In this document: positions 20,636-31,800 of the stretch, one piece after another
Layout of the letters: the number at the start of each line of letters is the position of its first letter
How positions within the stretch are numbered: the stretch's first letter is position 1
Assembly: GCA_002633005.1 (NCBI GenBank)
Contig: NMRA01000145.1
Location: 718,973 to 782,972, forward strand
Reading direction: 5' to 3'
DNA from: Phoronis australis
Lineage: Eukaryota; Animalia; Phoronida
DNA length: 64,000 nt
Notes under the pieces: generated by a model
The model's input: only the letters and a program-made list of their open reading frames with translations
What the model was told of the DNA's origin: nothing
Databases searched by the model: none
Position numbers and translations under genes: made by a program

Positions 20636-23600
20636 TGGTACGCCATTGTGTTCGTTAAGGTTTTTTCCTCGCTTCTCGTCTCGGTTTCCGGTTTTTATCG
20701 ATTCGACTTGTTCGTCAATAAACGCTAGCAAACCTTGTTTTATTTAACTTACTGCCGTGGTGGCAGCTGCTCTTACCCACCCGAAGAGACTCTAATGCAA
20801 CTGTAGTCTTCTGAAAACAAGGACACTTGTTGCTTTTGAGTGTATTACGTGAGTAATTGACATTTTTAAATACGGAACCTTCATTCAACATTCATTACAT
20901 GGCCGTACCCCCCAAACAGTGGTCTCTAACTAAAGCAGAGACCATCACCGCGAGTCCCTTGTTGAACTTCAGACACAATTTGATGAGCTCGAGGCAGCTG
21001 GTGTTTTCGCTAAGCCAGAAGAGGTGAATGTTCATGTAGAATATCCCAACATCTCATTCCTCATCAAAAAGCCAAGCGGCGGTAGTCGGCTTATTACATC
21101 GTTTGGAGAGGGTGCCCGCTGTTGTAAGCCCCAACCGTCCCTCATGCCCAATGTGGACAGTGGCCTACGCGACATCTCATATTATCTGACCTCTTGCAAT
21201 CCTTCTACCAGATTCCTCTCAGTCATTCGTCTATGAAATATTGTGGTGTCGCTTCGCCATTTAAAAGCATTCGCGCTTACACTCGCTCTGCAATGGGGAT
21301 GCCGGGATCAGAGACTTGTCTCGAGGAGCTCATGTCCAGAGTTCTGAGTGATTTCATTCAGCAAGTTTGGGTCACCAAAAGCGCAGATGGTCTGTATGTA
21401 GGTGGAAGCTCACCTGACCAGATGCTCCAACGTTGGAGACTATTCCTCCTTGCTCTTCGGCGAAACAACCTGCGTCTGTCCGCCAAGAAAACCGTCATCA
21501 AGTGCCCTAAGTCAACCACCGTCCTTGTTTGGAAATGGTCCCAGGGTTCCTTACGGGCCAGTGATCATAAGGTCTCAGCTCTCTCCTCAGTTGATACTCC
21601 CACAACTGTGTTCGGTCTCCAATCATGTATTGGGGCTTTTAAGATCTAAGTCGTGTTCTCCCTGGCTATGCCTCTCTTCTCAACCCGCTTGAAGCTGTCG
21701 TGGCTGGACGCGAGTCTCGTGAACGCATCTCCTGGTGCGACGATCTCACGGAATTCTTTAAGAGTTTCCAGTCTGCTCTCGAAGACACAAAGGTGATATT
21801 CATGCCTAGACCTGGTGATCATCTACTCATTGTGACTGACGGTTCTGTGAAGCATCGTGGCTTGGGTGCCACCGTGTACCTCCGCAGAGGGGACAAACTT
21901 CTCGCTGTCTTTTTTAATGCGAAGCTACGTAAACATCAAACAGTCTGGACCTGGTTACCCTGCGAAGTTGAGGATCTGTGTATGGGCGCAGCAGTTCGTC
22001 ATTTTTCCCCATAAATCATTCAGGCCTCTAATCTCACCCAAGTCCTGACAGACAGTCGTCCATGCGTTCAGGCTTACGGAAAACTTGTACGAAGCGAGTT
22101 CTCCAGTAGCGCTCGAGTATCGACGTTTCTATCTACATTGCCGTTTCTTTACACCACATTGCTGGTGCAGCGAACCTCCTCTCCGACTTCTCCAGCAGAA
22201 ACCCAACATCCTGCCAAGACTCCTCTTGTCAGGTATGTAAGTTCATTGCCGAACTTGAAGATTCAGTCGTTCGAAGCTTGTCGGTTGATGATGTTCTTCA
22301 GAGCGCCATGCGTATGCCCTTCACAAGCCGCGCAGCTTGGCTGTTGACCCAACAGGAATGCCCAGACCTTCGCCGAAGCCATGCCCACCGTCCTTCCCGT
22401 AAGCAAAGCAAAATCAAAGGTGTCAGGCGTTATCTCAATGCGGTCTCAATCGCCAACGGCGGCGCCTTAGTTGTTAAGTCAGCTGAGCCATTCCAACCCC
22501 AACGTGAACGTATCGTTGTGCCACGCCCGGTTCTGAATGGATTGCTCACAGCCATTCACCTACGCTTTGGCCATCCATCCAATTACCAAACAAAGCGTCT
22601 CTTTACTCGCTATTTCTTTGCGCTTGACATCGATAAGGCCATTGACGCTGTCACTTCTGCCTGTCACATCTGACAGTCTGTCAAAACCATACCTGCCTAT
22701 TTCCAACCCCATTCTACCTCCCCACCCTCCGACATTGTCGGCTCGTCATTCGCGGCTGATATTATGCGACGTCATCGGCAGTTCATCTTCGTTATCAGGG
22801 AGACTGTCGCTTCATACACGTTAACCTCCCTAATCCAAAATGAGACTCGTGATGAACTTCGAAACATTCTAGTTATTCTTTGTTCTGCATTATGCCCTCT
22901 TACTGAAAACGGAATAGCTGTTCGAGTCGACGCGGCTCCTGGTTTCGTTGCTTTGAAGAATGACCAGATGTTACTTTCACGTGGTATTCACCTTGACATT
23001 GGTCAAGTTAAGAACGTCAATAAGAATCCTGTCGCTGAACATGCAGTTGGTGAGTTGGGCATGGAACTCCTGCGTTTATCTTCAGAGGGCGGGCCAGTGT
23101 CCTCTGCAGCTCTCGCCATTGCCACGTCCAATATGAACTCCCAGGTCCGCCGCTATGGTTTGTCTTCTCGTGAATTGTGGACACAGGGGGATCAAGTCAC
23201 AGGTTGTCAACTGCCCATTGCCGACAGGGGAGTGATCCTCCGTCAACACCAATCCCGTATTGACAACCATCTCCCTAGTGCCATGTAAAAGTCCCGTGGT
23301 CGCGCTCATAACCCTGCACGACTCTTTGTTGGTCAGCTGGTATTCCTAAAGGCTGATCGCGACAAGACAAAGGCCCGCGAGAAGTACCTCGTTACAAGCG
23401 TGTCTGACGAATGGTGTGAGCTGCGTAAGTTCACTCGCTCCCAGTTCCGCAGTAAAACTTACACTGTACGTGTATCAGACTGCTTCCCTGTGTCTTCTAC
23501 GACTTCGAATCCTAAGTTGTTTGCCTCAGCTCAGCTTGATGCCTCTGATGACGATGATCTGATGCATAGCCCTACTGGCCACGACCCCTACGACCTTCGT

Positions 23601-24195
23601 GTGGATGATCTTCCGGGGGATTACCTGCCCGAGGTACCACTCACATCCCCTCCATTGCCGGAGGTGATCACTACTCCTCTACCTGAACCGACCCTTGATA
23701 CCGGAGCATCCGATCCAGCGGCTGATATCCCTCAGCTTTCGGATGAGCAAGATGTCCTTAGCTCCGACCCCGTTGCGCAGGATGCCACCACATTACGGCG
23801 CTCTCATCGCAACCGCAAACCCTTGCGTGGCACGATAGTGATTGGATTATGGAGTAGCGCCAGTGGACCCTGTACTCCTTCCTTAACTTTTTTTCCTTGG
23901 CAGAGAAGACGGAAACATGCCAGACAGAGACTATGCTTTGTTATAAGTGTTTATTACGTTGTTGTTTAACTGTTATTACGGTTGAAACGTTGTTCGAGCT
24001 ACTGTACTCCATAGGCCTACTTTAAGTCGTGTATTGTTCTTTAGCTTCCATTGTACCCAGAGGAGAGGAAAGTGATTACGCCATTGTGTTCGTTAAGGTT
24101 TTTTCCTCGGTCCCCGTCTCGGTTTCCGGTTTCTGTCGATTCGACTTGTTCGTCAATAAACGCTAGCAAACCTTGTTTTATTTAACTTACTGTCG
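20636..24195 (+). mobile_element. Degenerate Ty3/Gypsy LTR retrotransposon with an internal gag/protease deletion
   Basis: Direct LTRs 20636-20757 and 24073-24195 (about 122 bp, about 8 differences, internal AATAAA). PBS TGGTGGCAGC at 20758; PPT AGAGGAGAGGAAAG at 24059-24072. Frameshifted pol in RT-RNaseH-integrase order ([38 protein letters not shown]...CHI*, RVDAAPGF, KNPVAE). Confidence 0.93.
20899..23830 (+). pseudogene. Gypsy polyprotein pseudogene (gag N-terminal stub fused to RT-RH-IN)
   Basis: ATG at 20899 gives [17 protein letters not shown], then the sequence jumps at about 20952 into RT-like [17 protein letters not shown]. Multiple stops and frameshifts; RT catalytic motif degraded to SADG. 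Confidence 0.85.
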
Positions 24196-24673
24196 GTAGA
24201 ATTTTAGGGGGGCATGGCTGCCCCTCTCCCTAAATCCGCCACTGGCCACCATTCACAGTTCTGCAGCTAATGTTTGGTACCTGTAGTTTACTTCCACGCT
24301 GAGTACATCAATATTTTTACAACGATTCGTACTCGGATAAAACGCTGTTAGCGACGAAACGTGGGGGCTGGTGCCGTTATACTGGAACTTTCATTTTTCG
24401 CAGTATAGCTATCAGATTCTGTTGGCATTTTGTTCCCTTGCTTTCCATTCGCAAACAAAAATATCCCTTCTTCCGTCCAAGAAGCGAACTTTAGTCTGCT
24501 TACCGTTTGGAAACAACTTGGGTGAGCAGTGATTTCTGGGTCTCCAACGGTGACATTGAGATATTCCTTGAGACTACGCTCTGCACACAAAATTAACCCT
24601 GTGACAAGCCAACTTGAAGACACTGGTATCAACCAATGAAGAGCTGTCATTTCTTTAGATGCCCTGAAATCAC

Positions 24674-24968
24674 NNNNNNNNNNNNNNNNNNNNNNNNNNN
24701 NNNNNNNNNNNNNNNNNNNNNNNNNNNNNNNNNNNNNNNNNNNNNNNNNNNNNNNNNNNNNNNNNNNNNNNNNNNNNNNNNNNNNNNNNNNNNNNNNNNN
24801 NNNNNNNNNNNNNNNNNNNNNNNNNNNNNNNNNNNNNNNNNNNNNNNNNNNNNNNNNNNNNNNNNNNNNNNNNNNNNNNNNNNNNNNNNNNNNNNNNNNN
24901 NNNNNNNNNNNNNNNNNNNNNNNNNNNNNNNNNNNNNNNNNNNNNNNNNNNNNNNNNNNNNNNNNNNN
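24674..24968. other. Scaffold gap (295 N)
   Basis: Run of N. Confidence 1.
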
Positions 24969-25824
24969 TTGCAATTTGACTAAAGAATAGCTTAATTGGC
25001 CTGAGACCCAATTACCCAACGGTGAGCACAATTTTTTTGTTATAGGACGCAAGTTTATTGCCGTCACATATTAATGAATCATCACGAGTTTCCCAACGTG
25101 GACAACTTCTACTACCGGTATATCAAGTTCGCTATACTTTCATGCTTACCGATGGTATTGAATTTCAAGCTAGGCTCAAGCCGTTAGCTGATCTTTGAAA
25201 AAAGTGTCCCCATGCTTCAGTGTTTCGCATGATACTTTGTTTTGTGGCTTTCTAGACCAACTGGAAATTTTACCTACTTTTGAGACAGGCCATTTTTATT
25301 CTAAATCCATTTCCTCAAAAACGTATTTTGCTATTGATGTTACTTCTGTAATGCCCGCTCTAAGGTTTTTCATTTACAGTAAGTTTTCGTGTCCAAATCT
25401 TCACAATTCTGCGCGAACTTGAGGGTGTGGCAAGGTAGAGTTGTGTAGTAAAGTGCGATGACGGCGGGAGGCGGAAACGGAAATGGAGACGAAGACGAAT
25501 TTGTGCGTGCCCCCGCCCCCAGATAATGTTTACCTTCCTACGTCTCGGTGACCTTTACGACAAAGAGTGATATACCAAAGACAAACATGGTGATATATCT
25601 TAAGGCAATGTGCTATTTTAATTCATTTAAAGCATAATCACTGATCGAACATAAATTGGTGTAGTTAGTTGAGAAAAAAATGAATTTGACATCGAGAAAC
25701 TTGAGTGCACTTTGTACATTTAGTTGCCTGCTGTGGCAAAAAGTTTGCAATTACAGCCAGGTGATTAATAGGGTTTATCGTTTGTTTGCTAATTCAATTT
25801 TTATTTCAGTATTGCAGATTCATA

Positions 25825-27549
25825 ATGGCCGTTGTAAAGCAGCTGCGGGAAGATGGCATAACCAGCCTTTTCACTAACCACTTCCTGCAGAACATGAAAA
25901 GAGGATTTGAAAAGCGGTGCATCCATTTTTCAAGAGAAATAGATAAAGAACCGCATGCTCGAAGACACCCCTTGATGATTTTATTGGGATATCTAAGCTT
26001 TAAAGTACGCAAATTTGATAAATCTATTGAATGGTTTAAAAAAGTTCTCGAAGAAGATGCCAATAATATAAACTCCATACTTAACCTACTATATGTCTAC
26101 CAGCAAATAACACTAGACCCAAAGGTTGACTATGAGAAGAAACTAGGAGACATCGTTAATGGTACGTTGGCAGACAAGAATAAGGCCTACGCCAAGTATG
26201 AACTTGCTGAAATTATGTCTGCTGTCGATGCTTATCTTCAACCTGGGGGTTTTAAAAAAACTCGATGTTTGTTTGATGAGGCAACGAGTTGCGATAACGT
26301 TCCTCAAGATGAAAAATGGGAGTGGCTCTTTGGCTACGCGTTCTTTTTGTTCTCCGTTGATTCCGCTTATAGCGAGACACCGTCTCAACAGTTTGAACAA
26401 CCGTTGAAGTATTTTTATCAGGTTGTTACCGCAGAACAAGTGTCCCCGAGCTACAATGACGGGGAATCCGTCCTACAGGAAAGGTTCAACGACATCATTG
26501 CCAAGTCATGGTGTTTCATGGGAACACTTTTGTCTAGACATAGTCCAGGAGTTAAAGAAAATGAGGAGCTTGAACAACTGAAGGATGTAATAGAATGCCC
26601 TAGAGGATTTTCTGATTACACAGTAAAAAGTTGTATGGAAAAAGCAAAGGCTAAGGCAACTGAGGGGAATGAACATGTGATTCTAAGACGAATTGGTCTT
26701 GCGTACATGGACATGGGGTTAATGACTGAGGCTAAGAATGATTTGGAAAAAGCTGTCACTCTGGACAAGGAAAACGGTTACGGCCACAATTTGTTAGGGC
26801 GATGGAATCTTAAGAAATACAAGGAAGACAGAAACACCACCGAAAGAGAGCATTTGCTCAACAACGCCGTTGAATATTTTACTATTGCTATTGAAAAGGG
26901 TTTTAATAAGTGGCATTCTTTTTACGTACTGGCTGAAGCTTACTTTCTGAAAGGTGAATACATTAACGCCATTGGGCCTTGCCAACAATCAAAAGAACAT
27001 GGTGGAAATCGAGAATGTAAACTGTACGAGTTGTGGGCTCAGATTTATGATAAATTGGATGCTCCAGATATGGCAAAAAAAATGCGACGTGAAGCTGAAA
27101 ATTTAGCTCTGAGGCAGTATCACGATGAGCACGATTTTGGTGTCGTTTACCATGACGACGATATCTATGAAATTGTCCCTATAGTTGATGATTTGGAGAA
27201 TAAGCTGAGTGTGCAGTGTTACTTTCTTAACCGAGATATATTATGTGGGGATAACACTGTCGAAGCATGGGGTAAACTCAACAAGTCGTGCCACTATATC
27301 CTAGTTTTCTGTAGTGAAAACTTTTCCCAAGGCCCTTCTGTAGCTTACCGTACCCTGACGTCTATTATTGATGACAGGTGCAGTAGTGGAGATGACAGCA
27401 CCATACTTCCTGTAAAGTTACCCGGATGTACGGACATTCCACCTATTTTAAAATCACTTAGAGCGATCGAAGCTGATGGATCAGAGAAATTCTTTGACGA
27501 AATTAGAAGGAAGGTGAAGAGTTACCCACTTAAGGGTGAACTTGATTGA
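25825..27549 (+). CDS. Intronless TTC22/IFIT-like tetratricopeptide-repeat protein with C-terminal TIR domain (about 574 aa)
   Basis: Single long ORF; ATG at 25825 in good Kozak context (ATAATGG), just after splice acceptors at 25809/25817. TPR motifs: LLGYLSFKVRKFDKSIEWFKKVLEEDANNINSILNLLYVY, ILRRIGLAYMDMGLMTEAKNDLEKAVTLD, SFYVLAEAYFLKGEYINAI. TIR at about 27127-27520: HDFGVVY (box1), LE...CYFLNRDILCG (box2/BB loop), ILVFCSENF, ILPVKL...IPPILKSL, KFF (box3). AATAAA near 27770 and 27910. Confidence 0.88.
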   Translation: MAVVKQLREDGITSLFTNHFLQNMKRGFEKRCIHFSREIDKEPHARRHPLMILLGYLSFKVRKFDKSIEWFKKVLEEDANNINSILNLLYVYQQITLDPKVDYEKKLGDIVNGTLADKNKAYAKYELAEIMSAVDAYLQPGGFKKTRCLFDEATSCDNVPQDEKWEWLFGYAFFLFSVDSAYSETPSQQFEQPLKYFYQVVTAEQVSPSYNDGESVLQERFNDIIAKSWCFMGTLLSRHSPGVKENEELEQLKDVIECPRGFSDYTVKSCMEKAKAKATEGNEHVILRRIGLAYMDMGLMTEAKNDLEKAVTLDKENGYGHNLLGRWNLKKYKEDRNTTEREHLLNNAVEYFTIAIEKGFNKWHSFYVLAEAYFLKGEYINAIGPCQQSKEHGGNRECKLYELWAQIYDKLDAPDMAKKMRREAENLALRQYHDEHDFGVVYHDDDIYEIVPIVDDLENKLSVQCYFLNRDILCGDNTVEAWGKLNKSCHYILVFCSENFSQGPSVAYRTLTSIIDDRCSSGDDSTILPVKLPGCTDIPPILKSLRAIEADGSEKFFDEIRRKVKSYPLKGELD

Positions 27550-28813
27550 AAACCTTCATGGAAATGTGTGTAACGGGTATTCCTCTTAGGCATAATTAGA
27601 TGTCCTACCGGTTGGTTTTAACTCTTCCAGAATTTACAGCGTCGCCTTCCCAGTTCCTAGATCCGTTTTTGGTACAACCAGTCTTGCCATTTTTGGTAAA
27701 ACGGCCTTTGATACTATTTAAAAATGCACGCAGCGCGGTATCCGAAGGTACACTCTGTGACAACTTAAAAATAAATTGTAAAAAAGCGGTTTTATTTCAG
27801 AATCTGAAGGTGAATATTGACCTATAATTTGAAATCTAATAGTTTGTTCTATTAAAGATGCTGGACGTTTGACATTTAGTGTGCTTTGTGTAATTATTTA
27901 ATGTAATTCAATAAAGGGATTGTGTGGAAAACCGTTTCTATTGTGATTTTTTGCGTTTTGGCTCTACATCCTGGCTATTTATGTATTAAACGTTCTTCCA
28001 TTAGAGGAGTGCTGAATTGTCCATTATTAAGCTTAGTCAAATACAGCTTGGCACAGCCGCACCAAACAGGGGCCCGCTTTACCGCTACAAAGACGCATAA
28101 TCTTGTAGTGTTTTGTTACTTTCACTTCAGTAAAAGTTGGGTCGATTGAAAGTTTAATTTCGAACGCAAATGATTCCTCGCATATGAAACGAAGGTTTTT
28201 GTGGGCCTCTGTATGGGCTTCATTAGAGGTTTTGGAACGTCGAAGGTCGGGTCGATATTAAAGACGCTAATTTTCGGAGGGAAACGTTTCAAGAGAATTC
28301 TTTTTTGCAGTGTTAGAAGTTTTTATTGGCCGGGCGTGCATTTGAGCAGAAGTTTATACTGAATCTTGCAGGTGTGTCTTTTTTATTTATTTGGATGCGT
28401 GAGCCCAGTTTCGTGGAGTGCTATTCAAAGGTGTTGATGACAAACGTGCACGTGCGTTAAGCCACAGACAGCGGATAGTGAAACTCACCTGGTGAGGGGC
28501 TGTGTTCGACCCTATTCTATTTTGTGCTTTTAGTTTTCAGTGACCCACAAGAAGTGTTCAGAGAGTTTCTAGCTTCAACTGATGGTTCTTGAGTTTTTCA
28601 AGAATTATTGATAACTATTGTCCGACTCTGGTAAGCTTCGTGTAGTCTTGTGGCTCAGGGCTCAAGACAAATGACACCAAATATTCACAACAAGAAACTC
28701 GTCAACAGCTTCAGGCCTTTTTGTCTTTAATCGAAATCGGACAGCAGTATATGGCGCTTTGTCAGACATTTTCTGTTTCTTCGCTTTATGGAGCTCATGC
28801 TCCGCTGTCCTTT

Positions 28814-28891
28814 CATGGGCGGCGCAGCACTGCATGAAAATAGTGGGGCTATAGCCCCCGCCCCCCAGTCCGCTATGGTGCGCCGCCCATG
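28814..28891. mobile_element. 78-bp MITE with a 5-bp TSD
   Basis: TIRs catgggcggcgca ... tgcgccgcccatg, flanked on both sides by CCTTT. Confidence 0.75.
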
Positions 28892-31800
28892 CCTTTTGAG
28901 GGATTCTTTTGAAATTTGGTAAGCAGATGGATCACGTCAAGAGCTGTGATATATAATCTTCTGGTTATGGCGCGCTATGTTTTATTTTGGGGGCATTTCT
29001 GAGCGCTGCTCCTTTATTGATTGGATTTCTCGTGCTTCGGATCTGATATCGTTTAACGTGCTTTTCTGTTAATTGGTAGGCAGGATTTGCGGCATCCGTT
29101 TCTGATACTTTGGCGGGTATACAATAGTTTTCTCAGAGTTAAAAAAACTGCGTGAGTTCCAAACTTTCTATCGTTTGCATGACACATGCCATATTTTCCG
29201 TTCGAATGACTTAAAAACAGTACGACTCGAGGGTAGATCCACTGTTTTTGAATTGGGCGCAAGGTGGTGCTGTTTACAGAGCCATAGTTCCGGCGACCTT
29301 GAGGAATCTTTATGAAATTTGGTACATAATGCATCCTTTATTTGTTCATTTATTTGATTGGTTAATTCGTGTTTCTCTGGTCTCTCTCTCTCTCTCTATA
29401 TATATATACATCAATTTCTCTTATATTTTAAGTAGTAGCTTCAACATTATCAGTAGCTTCAGTAGTATGAGTTGATTGGTAGTTGTTTCCCGCATTGACA
29501 GTTGTTCTCATCATTCGTTGACAGTCTTCAATATACTAGTCAAGAGTCATCTTTTGTGTTCTTGCCTACGAACCACCTCCTACGCAGCCAAACCGCATTT
29601 TTCCGTATATCCCCACAACACCCTCCCCCCCCCTCCCCGATGTTCAAACCTTTGTTTCTTTATCAATTCTGTCATCAAAGTCTGATGATGTCGATGGCCA
29701 TATGGCAATGATGATGATGAGAATGATGGCGGTAATGGTAGTGATGATGTTGTAGCTTTCAATGACGTCACTGTCCTTGGACTGGAAGGTGTCATGGACG
29801 TCTTGAGGCACGATCAACTTCAGAGGCATTGCCATTGGTGGAATTATCGGTTTTGGCGTTGGTTTTCTGACACTGACTTCGTCAATATTTGCGGTTTTGA
29901 GATTGTAGCCTGTGCATCAACGTCCTTCTCAGTGATAGAGGCGGCCTCCCTCTAAGAGGGGTTCCCCTCCCAGAAGGAACGGTATTGAAAAATGGCTGCA
30001 AAAAGCAGTTTACTTCATCATCGGGGCTCCCTCTAAAAGGGGCCCTTTAACATGACAGGGTGTGTAATTTCTTAATAAGGGAAGGAACTTTAATTGATTC
30101 TGTCATTCAGACTCCCTCGCCGAGAGTGGGCACCTAATTTTAAGCAGAAGAGGTCATGAACTTCAAGAAAACAGTAACAGCGACAGTGGATGTCATAACA
30201 GGAGGCCCCTTAATATGAAAAATATACTATAATTGCAAACAAGAGAAAATAATGACAACCGATTCCATCATCTGGGTCAACAGATTTATGAAGGCAAAAT
30301 GGTGCAACTGCTCCCGGGCTTCCTCCAAGAATGGGCCCTCCTCCAAGTGGGATCGTTATGAAGTAATGTACAATTTAAAAAGCAGGAAAATGGTGGCATT
30401 GGTTTCATAATCGGGGTCCCCTCTAAAAATCGGCACCTTCAACATGACAGGATGCATTATTCCACTTTAAACGAAACCACCATCAGTTTGGACTTCAGTC
30501 TTCCTAGAGCAAGACCCCAGATCAAAGAGGTTAACTCTCAAAAACAGTAAAGAGTGTCAATTAACGTCATGCTCATTGGTCCAATTAATGTTAAAAATGA
30601 TATTTTGCTTCCAAATAGTGTCCCAACAGACCTCGCAGACCTAGAAACCGCTGACCTTGCTGACCACAGACCTAGAATCTTCTAGCTGGTATATGTGACT
30701 CTTTTTCTTTGGTGCAGCGACATCATTGTATGTGCTCAGTCTGGCAACACAGTGTGTCACTGTAGGTCGTGAGAGCCTTTGTTGTTCCAGTGTCTTGACA
30801 CATGCAGGGTTTAGTTAAAAGGAGACGAATGTGCGACTTCTTGCTTTGCTCGAGAATTTGTGAATTTCTTGTTTTCTGCACATTTCCCACGCGCGTTGTC
30901 ATACGTCGTCTTCATCAGTGGCAGGACTCATTGGTAGCCTGTCATCGTCCTTCTCAGCGCTTAAAGCTTCACCTTGGTGGCGTCATCGTCTTGCTTCGGC
31001 GAGGTCGGTGGGGTGGCCAATGATGGCGGTAACAGGGTGGCGCTTGCCCGGCGGGCAGCGACTGGGGTTGGCAACATCATTCTCCTCTCCGGGCGGCAAG
31101 AATCCTAAACATGACACGAACTTGTGTTGTACTTCGTAGTCGTTGTTTTTCATTCCATGTTGGCAAATGCTAACCAGAATGGGCCGCCGTACCCTCACCG
31201 GCTGTCATGATGGTGAGTCGTAGGCCTATCTGTGCCATAACTTTCGATTTCCCTAATTCAAAAATTTTCTCCTGATGCGTTCGTTTGTTGATCACGACAT
31301 ATCAAGCTAGGAAAATGTTAGAAAATGTTTTGCTGATTTCCGTCGCTGTTAGCGATTGTTTTTAAATTGTTAGTCCACTTTTGCACTATGGGCCATCAAA
31401 ATAGAACTTTTATGAAAAAATATAAATGTACGCATTTCCTGTGACTTCAGTTGGTAGCGGAAATGGGTTCCTGTCACGGTAATTTGATTTTCGTTTTGAG
31501 CCCGCTCAGCAGGGCGAAATACAGCTTTAATGTAAAGTAACATTTGATTTTACCAGAGTAAGCCTTGTCGTCTTCACCTGTTCCACATATCCTTGCTTTC
31601 CTTGGGCCCGGTCTCCAATCTCCGTACTCAGACTCGAATCATGCTCAAACTCACACTTCATACTCAACTCGAGTACAGACTCAGCTTTGGTGTATTCAAT
31701 GTCATACTCGAAAAATCTGTACTCGANTTCCTTTACTTTAAAACCCGGTCGCATTGTGAGCTCCTCCAAATTTCATGAAACCCGTACACGCCATTGCAAT

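Larger units (their letters stand above)
20533..24244. mobile_element. MITE (CAGGGGCGGATCTAGG ... CCTAAATCCGCCACTG) interrupted by the Gypsy insertion
   Basis: Left TIR at 20533, right TIR ends at 24244. Flanks gccat / gccac suggest an imperfect 5-bp TSD. Confidence 0.6.

Noticed and set aside
24348-25067. Long ORFs spanning the gap, including a signal-peptide-like MTALHWLIPV... stretch on the minus strand
   Set aside because: ORF length is an artefact of Ns; no recognisable domain or consistent partner exons.
31603-31727. Repetitive actcga-rich ORF-like segment
   Set aside because: Looks like the left end of a GGGCCC-type MITE cut by the contig join at N 31727; not a gene.
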